Positions 33,297-41,800 of a DNA stretch of 48,579 bases are shown one piece after another (the first letter of the stretch is position 1; each line of letters opens with the position of its first letter). The notes under the pieces were generated by a model. The model did not search any database. It worked only from the letters and a program-made list of their open reading frames with translations, and was not told the DNA's origin. Location of the stretch: positions 1-48,579 of the IMG/VR virus record IMGVR_UViG_3300031949_000059; one strand, given 5' to 3'. This DNA is from a virus (taxonomy: Duplodnaviria; Caudoviricetes). The translations under genes were made by a program, and so were the position numbers.

Positions 33297-35773
33297 TGAG
33301 CAACCCACCCTTAGTATTTAAAACAATTACCCATGCTTGGGTGTATGATGGTGACACAGATATACTCACACCTATATCTGATGCCAGTTATACAGATAAG
33401 TCAACAGTAACAATTGCTGGTGCTTCTCAATCAGCGTACAATGGCGAATATGAAATAACTCGGGTGGATGCAAAGACATTCACCTACACGGTAGCAGGTT
33501 CTCCTACGACCCCGGCCTCTGCTACTCCTGCTGCAACCACTTCGATTACTCGTGTGGGGACAGTAGCCACCGTAACCAAAGCAAACCATGGATACAATAC
33601 GGGAGAGGAAGTTGCAATTGCAAATGCCGCCCAGACTGAGTACAACGGTCTGCACGAAATCACGAAACTCACAGCTAACACGTTTACGTTTATAGTCACA
33701 GGTTCCCCAGCCACACCAGCAACCGAGGCTTTAAAAAGTGTGACTTCAATTACATGGGCAGCGGATGTTGCTACGGTAACTTGTGTAGCACATGGTTACG
33801 CTGTAGGCGAAACAGTTACAATCACGAGTGCAACACAGGCGGACTACAACGGCGCTTTCCCTGTGGTTGACGCAGCAACTGAGGACACGTTCACCTATGC
33901 CTTACCTGAGTCTCCGATAACACCAGCAACGGGCACAATCACAGCAACTCGTGCAACCAAGAGTATAACCACGCTCACACGAGTAGACACAACAGCCACA
34001 GCAACAACATCCGCCGCGCATGGATACACCACAGGTGATACAATTACAATTGCCGGGGCTACACAGCCAGCGTACAATGGTGCAAAGGTAGTTACCGTTA
34101 CAGGGGTAGATACATTCACATACACCGTGTCAGGTTCTCCCACCACCCCCGCAACCGGAACGAAGACAGCGACAGAAGCGGTAAAAAGTGTAACCACCAT
34201 AACCAGAACAACAACAACAGCAACAGTAACCTGTGCAACCCACGGATACACAACAGGCGACACGGTCACCATTGCTGGGGCAGGACAATCATCCTATAAT
34301 GGCGCACGTCTGATTACAGTTACAGATACCAATACATTCACCTACACGGTTACAGTAGGCCCAGTGACCCCAGCAACAGGAACGATTAAAGCAGCCGGAC
34401 GGTATGGCATTACCGTAGCAGGTTCTTACGGAATAACAGTAACGCTCTCAGGGAAAATAGCCAGCCATGTGGTGAGCATCACGCGGGTAGATACAAAGGC
34501 TACCGTGGTGGTCGCTTCACAGGGGTATGTGGGCAACACAGTACGTGGTCTTGCCTATCTCGACGGTACCTACTATGTAATGGACTCTGAGGGCACTATC
34601 TACGGCTCAGATATTCAAGACCCGTATAACTGGGATGCCTTGAACTTTATAAACCCCGAGGTTGAGTATGACGGGGGTGTAGCTATAGCCAAGTATTTGA
34701 ACTACCTGCTGGCCTTTGGTACATGGTCAACCGAGGTGTTCTACGATGCCGCTAACTTGGCCCCAGGTTCGCCTCTGTCTAAGATGGACAATGCTTTTGT
34801 ATCAGCAGGCTGTGCATCAGCAGAGTCTATCGTGCTTACCGAAGGTTCTGTCCTCTGGGTAGCACAGGCTAAAGAAGGTTCCGGTGCAGCTAGTGCAGGT
34901 AGAAGTGTACTTATGATGACTGGGTTTCAAACACAGAAAATATCCACAGTATTTGTTGAACGCATACTGAACGCCGATAATATGTCTGACCTGCGCGCAT
35001 TCGCGTTTAAACAGAACGGCCACTCTTTCTATGTACTAACCTTGGCGGACTCTGACTTAACACTTGTCTATGACTTCTCTTCCCAGCTTTGGTTTCAGTG
35101 GACAAGTCAGACAGTACAATCTGCAAAGTCGGTTACCGGGCTGTCTCTGGAGTCGGATGGCATCACAGCGACCGCTACAGTGGCCGCACACGGTTATTCC
35201 GATGGCGACCCCATCACCATAGCTGGGGCTAACCAAAGTGCCTACAATGGCACCTATAACATCACCTATGTGGATAGCAGTCATTTCTCCTATATTGTAG
35301 CAGGTACACCAGCAACCCCCGGAACGGGAACAATTACAGCAACCGGGTATACTGAGGGGCACTTCCGCATGATGATGCAAACAGCCATGCTGGGTGTCAA
35401 TTACTTTATAGATGAATCCAATGGTACTGTGTACAAGATGCTGGAAACAGACTATGATGACGATGGGGCATACATAAACTTCTTGGCCAGAACAACAAAG
35501 ATTGATGGGAATGTAGACACTAATAAACGCATCACCCGCCTTGACATTATAGGGGATAAAGTAGATGCAAATGCATTGGTAAGATACAGCAAAGATGATT
35601 ATGCTACATTCTCCAAGTACCGCACAGTTGACTTGTCCAGTACACGGAGTAAGATAGACAGGCTGGGATTAGCTAGAAGGCCCTCAGTAGATGTGCGAGT
35701 AACCGATAATATACCTTTACGTTTAGAGCGGCTTGACCTTACCATTGAGGGTATGGAGTCGGATGAGTCATGA
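33296..35773 (+). CDS. P22 gp10-like tail hub/stabilisation protein, main fragment, with inserted FCCH-like beta repeats
   Basis: YLDG.YYV, W.ALNF, AFG.WSTEVFYDA, GC....S, GH.FYVLT...T.VYD....W..W; ~74-aa HGY..G..VTI.GA.Q..YNG repeats. Confidence 0.75.
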   Translation: MSNPPLVFKTITHAWVYDGDTDILTPISDASYTDKSTVTIAGASQSAYNGEYEITRVDAKTFTYTVAGSPTTPASATPAATTSITRVGTVATVTKANHGYNTGEEVAIANAAQTEYNGLHEITKLTANTFTFIVTGSPATPATEALKSVTSITWAADVATVTCVAHGYAVGETVTITSATQADYNGAFPVVDAATEDTFTYALPESPITPATGTITATRATKSITTLTRVDTTATATTSAAHGYTTGDTITIAGATQPAYNGAKVVTVTGVDTFTYTVSGSPTTPATGTKTATEAVKSVTTITRTTTTATVTCATHGYTTGDTVTIAGAGQSSYNGARLITVTDTNTFTYTVTVGPVTPATGTIKAAGRYGITVAGSYGITVTLSGKIASHVVSITRVDTKATVVVASQGYVGNTVRGLAYLDGTYYVMDSEGTIYGSDIQDPYNWDALNFINPEVEYDGGVAIAKYLNYLLAFGTWSTEVFYDAANLAPGSPLSKMDNAFVSAGCASAESIVLTEGSVLWVAQAKEGSGAASAGRSVLMMTGFQTQKISTVFVERILNADNMSDLRAFAFKQNGHSFYVLTLADSDLTLVYDFSSQLWFQWTSQTVQSAKSVTGLSLESDGITATATVAAHGYSDGDPITIAGANQSAYNGTYNITYVDSSHFSYIVAGTPATPGTGTITATGYTEGHFRMMMQTAMLGVNYFIDESNGTVYKMLETDYDDDGAYINFLARTTKIDGNVDTNKRITRLDIIGDKVDANALVRYSKDDYATFSKYRTVDLSSTRSKIDRLGLARRPSVDVRVTDNIPLRLERLDLTIEGMESDES

Positions 35774-36309
35774 GTTATTTTATTCTGGGTCTTCCAAGAT
35801 CACGCACGACTTGGCTGTCTGTCTTCCTCTCGCATGGTCGGGGAATGTGCCATCACGAAAAATCCATAGAGTTTTCTTCCTTGGCAGAATTAAAAGAATA
35901 CTGTGATGAACATCCAGAAGATGGTATAGCAGACACGTTCTTGATTGTTCTTTGGAAAGAGCTTAGGCAAATGTTTCAAGAAGCACGAATCGTTGTGATT
36001 CACAGACCATTGGAACAGGTTATACAAAGTCATACTAGGCTAGGACTTGGTATCAAGTACCTTGTGGAGGAGAGTAGACTGATGGAAGAAACAAGACAAG
36101 ATAAAGAAATCCTCCACATTGAGTATGGTGAGTTGGCAAAACCAGAGGTTTGCAGACAGATATATAAACACTGTGTAGGGGTGGATGTTGACTCGGCATG
36201 GCTAGCAGCCTGCCAAGAGTATCGTATTGAGACTGACTTGAGTAGGCTCAAGGAGCGGGTCTTGTGTAATCAAAGTAAGGTGGCTTCCTTTTATGGAGGG
36301 TTAGAGTAA
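35770..36309 (+). CDS. Sulfotransferase-like P-loop protein
   Basis: ILGLPRSRTTWL (5'-PSB-like) and VVIHR...V..S (3'-PB-like). Confidence 0.6.
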   Translation: MSYFILGLPRSRTTWLSVFLSHGRGMCHHEKSIEFSSLAELKEYCDEHPEDGIADTFLIVLWKELRQMFQEARIVVIHRPLEQVIQSHTRLGLGIKYLVEESRLMEETRQDKEILHIEYGELAKPEVCRQIYKHCVGVDVDSAWLAACQEYRIETDLSRLKERVLCNQSKVASFYGGLE

Positions 36310-37526
36310 TGTCTTATGCACAGTTTATACCGGTAGGAATACAGCTTCTTAGTAGTCTTTTTGGTGGTGGTGACAGTGGTGGTGGGGGGTCAGCAATGGC
36401 TGACCCCTTTGCCTCACAGCGGGGGCAGTACCAGCCCATGCTATCTATGCTCATCAACAGTATGTTTGGTGGTATGGGGTTTCAATATAACCAGCCTCCC
36501 GGAGGAATGGGTGGGGGCTATGGTATGCCCCCCGGAGGGACCTATGGTATACCGGGTGGCACTGGGGGTGGATTTGAATCACAGGGAGGGTGGGGCACAC
36601 CACCCGGTGGCTCCCCCATAAGACTACCGGGGATGCCCCCTCCTGGTGATACCTTAGGTCCACCTCCCCCCGGCGGTGGTTGGAGTATGCCTCCGGGAGG
36701 TATGGGTGGAGGGGGAGGTAGTTGGGGTATGCCCCCCGGCTTTGGTGGTAGTAGTGGTATAAACTACGATGAAATAATTAACAAAGCGATGAAGTATATT
36801 GAGGGCGCTGGGGGTGGTGGTTTTAACATGCCTGCCCCACCGGCAATCAATATCACAGCAGAACACTCTGGTGACCTTTCTAAACTGCTTGCCAATCCCG
36901 GTGAGTTTGCCTCTAGCCCGCTGTACAAGTTTATCTTTGCACAAGGACAGCAGGGTGTAGAGCGGTCTATGGGTGCCAAGGGTATGCTTGGCTCAGGTAA
37001 CCGCCTTGCAGCCTTGACTGATTACGGGCAGGGAATAGCAAGCCAGCAATACTTTAAACAGGCCGATTTACTTACCAATGTGGTTGGGCAGGAAAGACAG
37101 GCATCCTTGGGTGCAGCACAGCTTGCCTCCCAGCAGTGGGTAGCACAGCAGCAGATGTCAGCACAGATGTTGCACGACCAGATGCAAGCACAGTTGGGGC
37201 TACTTAGTTTTGCTGGTGGTATGCAGCAACAACAATATGGACAACAAATGCAAATGATGCAACTTGGTGCACAGCAGCAACAAAATCAGTTTGGTAATTC
37301 AATGAGTTTGGCTAATTTGTTGGCTCTGCTCTCAGGTGCAAACACAGGTTCTCCAAGTACGGCGGGACAATTGCAAGGACAACAAAACCAAGGGCAAGCA
37401 CAAATGTGGGGTAATCTGGGTGGTAGTCTCTTTGGCGGGTTTCAGAACTGGGCCGGTAACCAACCCGGCGGTGCTAATTATCTTGGGCCTAATTGGAGCG
37501 CACAAGCTCCTAGTTGGTGGCAATAA
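36309..37526 (+). CDS. DNA ejection/pilot protein (P22 gp7-like)
   Basis: ADPF..QR.QY, P.Y.F...QG...V.R...A.G..GSG....L..YGQ..A motifs; Gly/Gln rich. Confidence 0.7.
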   Translation: MSYAQFIPVGIQLLSSLFGGGDSGGGGSAMADPFASQRGQYQPMLSMLINSMFGGMGFQYNQPPGGMGGGYGMPPGGTYGIPGGTGGGFESQGGWGTPPGGSPIRLPGMPPPGDTLGPPPPGGGWSMPPGGMGGGGGSWGMPPGFGGSSGINYDEIINKAMKYIEGAGGGGFNMPAPPAINITAEHSGDLSKLLANPGEFASSPLYKFIFAQGQQGVERSMGAKGMLGSGNRLAALTDYGQGIASQQYFKQADLLTNVVGQERQASLGAAQLASQQWVAQQQMSAQMLHDQMQAQLGLLSFAGGMQQQQYGQQMQMMQLGAQQQQNQFGNSMSLANLLALLSGANTGSPSTAGQLQGQQNQGQAQMWGNLGGSLFGGFQNWAGNQPGGANYLGPNWSAQAPSWWQ

Positions 37527-37528
37527 TC

Positions 37529-38824
37529 ATGGCTAATACTTATGATTCTTTTATGACCGGCTGGAACGATGCGCTGGAATCTCAGAACAAGCGGGAGAAA
37601 ATGCAGTGGGAGCGGGAAGATAGACAACAAAAAATAAGGGCGCAACAGCAGGAGGAAGAAGACGCACAGACGCTGGCAGAGGCCATGAAAAATGCGTTTA
37701 ATCCAGAACCACTGGAATCTTACGCCAAGAAAACTGAACCCACAAAATCGGAAGAGGTTAAGCTGGATACGTTAGGGGCTGGGCAGGATGATGCCGCCCC
37801 ACTGGTTCAGCTTGGTATGACTCGTTCTGAAAAAGAGGAGACACAGGACAAATACATTCAGCAAACAAGGGCTGTAGCGAGCAAGTTAGAGGCGGGGGCT
37901 ATGGCCCTGTACCAGCAGGGCATGATAAAGCAAGCCCAAGAGGTAATGAAAGAAGCCACGCTGATGACCAAGCAGGCCGCAGCTTCTGAAAAAGAACAGT
38001 GGGCTTTGCGTAAAGGTCACATAGAAACATTTGCAAATGTAATGAATCAAGTGGACAGCCAAGAAGCATTGGACTGGGCCAAAGAGCAGTTGAACGCACT
38101 TGAGCCGGGGGCCGGTAATCAGCTTCCAACCGAGTACAACAAAACCACAGCCCCAGCAATTAGGCGGGCGGGCCTTATGGCCTCCTCTGCACTGCAACAG
38201 GTTGAGGTAACCGAGAAACTAATTGACCTGCAAACAAGGGAACAGGATAATAAATCGAAGATAGACCATCGCAATGCGGAGACAGCGAAACTTCGTGCAG
38301 CAGTTCAAAAGAACCGGGATGGCACCGATACAAAGCACAGCCAAACTGCATATGATAAAACTGTGGATGCGATTACAAAAGAAGACCTCAGATATAACAA
38401 GAGTTTGGAAACAGCAAAACTCGCCATTGAGAAAAAGTATGGGCCGGAGAAAGAACCCAGCTACGCGGACAAAACATTTAAGGCTGTTGGTTCATCTATA
38501 TCCAGCTTATGGGGTGGCGGTGCAGACGAAGCAAAGCCAACACCAAAACAAAAAGAGTTAGCAGCAGCAGAAGAAGCAGCGAGGCAAACCCATGTAGCAA
38601 ACACAACAGCCATCCATGAGGGGGCACTAAAGAAGAAGATAGACCTTAAACTCCCGAGTCATAAATTGGCACCAAAAGGCCCTACAAAACCAACCAAGTT
38701 TACCAAGCCAGCCAAGCCAGCAAGAACAGAGACTGTCGTGATGGATGGTCTGAGAAAGGCTAACCCCGGTGTATCCGAGGATGCACTGCGGGCATATGCC
38801 AAACGTAAGGGTTACATACTATAA
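37529..38824 (+). CDS. Internal virion/ejection protein
   Basis: Helical, charged; second of three consecutive ejection-type genes. Confidence 0.6.
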   Translation: MANTYDSFMTGWNDALESQNKREKMQWEREDRQQKIRAQQQEEEDAQTLAEAMKNAFNPEPLESYAKKTEPTKSEEVKLDTLGAGQDDAAPLVQLGMTRSEKEETQDKYIQQTRAVASKLEAGAMALYQQGMIKQAQEVMKEATLMTKQAAASEKEQWALRKGHIETFANVMNQVDSQEALDWAKEQLNALEPGAGNQLPTEYNKTTAPAIRRAGLMASSALQQVEVTEKLIDLQTREQDNKSKIDHRNAETAKLRAAVQKNRDGTDTKHSQTAYDKTVDAITKEDLRYNKSLETAKLAIEKKYGPEKEPSYADKTFKAVGSSISSLWGGGADEAKPTPKQKELAAAEEAARQTHVANTTAIHEGALKKKIDLKLPSHKLAPKGPTKPTKFTKPAKPARTETVVMDGLRKANPGVSEDALRAYAKRKGYIL

Positions 38825-41800
38825 TGGAAATCATAGACCCGTTTGAACAGGATGCCGAGCAAACCCCCCAACAGGATTGGGGGAACGAACCCATGCAAAT
38901 GCAGCAGGAAGACATCAAAGACCCCTTTGCAGAGGACACCAATGCAACCATACTGGAGGAAGTTAAAGACCCCTTTGAAGGTCTTTCCCCAGACCATGGG
39001 ATAGACCTAACCGGAGGCTCTCCGGGGGCACAGCTAGTAGAAGGCACACGCATGGCCTTTGCTAACTATGGAAAATTAGGCAGGCTAGGACGCACAAGCA
39101 ATCTAATAGACGCGGTTGATTTAGTGGTGGGTATTGTGCCTAGTGCTATAGGTATATTTACAAACCACGGCTCACGTATACTGGGGATGGCTGGGGTTGC
39201 GTCTAATGGTGCTACCAGAGAAGAGCGGGAGCGGATTGGTGCAGAAGCGCAGCAGGCGGTTGCCGCTAGTGTCGCCCTGCGTCCAAGTTTAGCACTGCTG
39301 GGGTACACAGATGACCACCCCTCTGAGCTGGCACAGGCGATGGAGCTGATAAACCCATCAGATGAAACATTAAAGAAGATTGAAAAGAAGACGGGGGGAA
39401 GAATAACAGCCGCTGACGCCCGCCTTATTGTGGATGAGCTTATGGGTCTACCTATGCTCAAGGCAGCACATGGTTCTCTTATGGGTTCTGCAAAGATGGA
39501 TGCAGGCATTGCCCGGTATAATACGGTAGAAAAAATAACTGATGCCCTAGCCGAGGGTGGAACCCCCAAAGAAATAGCAATGCGCATTTTGGAGAAGGCC
39601 ACGAAGGATGGTATGCCCGGAGCAAAAGATGTGTCCGCAACTGATTTAGCAAAAGATGTAATGGATGTTGCTGAAATCTCCAGAGAAGCGAAACTCAGGG
39701 CCAGACAAATCCCAGAAGCTGATGCAAAGGCCATGAAAGAGGATGCAGCAGCGTGGCGGAAACAGCGGAGAGAACGGATGAGGGAGAACATAACTCAAAC
39801 TCAATTTGTGCAAGCCTACAACCAAGCCGTAAAAGAGGCGGGCATCAAAGGCAGCTATGACCAACTTAGTGCCAAACGAAAAGCCAGCATCCACAAAGAA
39901 TGGATTGCACAGGAAGCACGGCAGCAACTAGAACTGGCCGGTATCCCAGCAGAACAAGCCTTTGGTTACAAGAGGGCACAGCTAGGCGCTGTGGACAAGC
40001 AGTTGGTGGCCAGCATATCTGCCACCCTTGGTGGTGCTGCCTTAGGGGTGTATGCGGCGGACGACAAAGTTGCGGGCGGGTTGCTTGGGGCAGCTACCGG
40101 GCTGGGTGTTACTATGGCTGCAATATACGGCCCGAAGGCAAAGGTAGAACGCCGTAATGCAGACTGGACAGCCGAGAAGCGGGCCAAATACATGGCCGCA
40201 GCTACTGTCTTACAGGCAGCAAATGACATGCTCAAAGCATCCGACCCCAACACAGTGACCCACGAGGCCCGCGTGGCCGGTTCTGTAGCCCGCCTGAGCA
40301 AAGCCTTGGGTCTATCCACAGAACAGCAGGTGCGCGCTAACCTTGCTGCCCTAGGGCACGACTTGGGTAAAACAGGAATGAAGGACATTCTTGAGAAGCA
40401 GGCAGCTCTCACCAAAGATGACATGACCCTGCTACGGACACACCCCGAGGGCACCGTGAAAATAATGCAGGCTCTGGGTATACCCGAGAATATAATTAAA
40501 ACCGCAGGGGAACATCACCAGACAGCCAAACCCGGAGTAGGGTACCCCCGCCATGGGGGTTCTCCAGACTTCTCTTCTCTTGTAGTAGAGACTGCGGATA
40601 TTGGGGACTCCCTCATTGGGGGGAAGAATTCAGGACATGATTACCCGCTAAAAACAATTAAAGACGGTAAGCAAATAGAATTACCACGGACAGCACACAA
40701 TGTAATTCAGGTGATGGATGATATGGCTGCGCGTGGACAACTACAGCCCGAGGTGTACAAAGCCTATCGAGATATGTTTGTGCGCGGGGAAATTCCGGCC
40801 GCACACAAAGCACAACTGGAAAGTGTTGGGGAAGTACCTTGGAATAGACCAACCCCAATGGACACCCAGACAACGGTAACTGGGGTACACTACTCGCAAG
40901 AACCCCATGCTGAACTAAAGGGCAAAATGTATGGTACAGGTATTCGGGGGCAGGAAGCTGCACGCCTGAGCGAACCGGGTGTTGACCCGAGAATAAAAAG
41001 TAGAATCTCGTTCTACATAGATGAGGGGCAGGGCATATTCCCGGAGGGTGGTGTAGGCAGTGCCAAGCATGTTGTAAAACTTGAAAACCTATATGATGCC
41101 GCAAAGAACCCACTGCAACTGCCCAAAGAACCCAACGCATTCGAGTCAGCAGTTATTGATGCTGGGTATCCGGGATATTATGTCAAGGGTGCCTTTGATA
41201 AACAGGGTGCTGCTGTCTTGCTTGGTGATGCGGCTAAGTCTGTTAAGGTGGAGGGGAAAACCCCATCAATAACACAGCAGGCATTTTCTCCTAAAAACAT
41301 AACTGATGTTTTGCAGAAAGAAGATTGGGCAATCATAACAGCAGAGAACCCAAAGGCGAACGCATTAAGTTCAGCAGAGAATGCAGTTCTTATGCAGGAA
41401 TTAAAAGCAACGCTTGATGCAAAGGGACTCACCTATGTTGAGGCGAAGGGAAAGTATGCTGGGAACAAAGAGAACTCTCTTGTCGTGCTGGGTGTAAGCA
41501 AGGCAGTAGCACAAGATTTGGGTAGGTTGTTTGAGCAGGAGTCTGTCCTAACCAAGGATGGATTGCTTTACTCTGACGGGCGGGTTGCACCAGCTACGGG
41601 GGTAACAAAGCACAAACAGATACCAGAGGATAATTACACACATATACCAGCCACTGGTGCTACATTTTCAATCGACCTTGATTTCAGTTTACCTAAACAA
41701 GTAGAACCTAAACCGCTGGGTGATATATTTAATAAACAAGCAGGAGCCTTCCGCATGTTCGCGGTAGGCAACGGCCCAGTGTTGAAACAAATGAAAGTAA

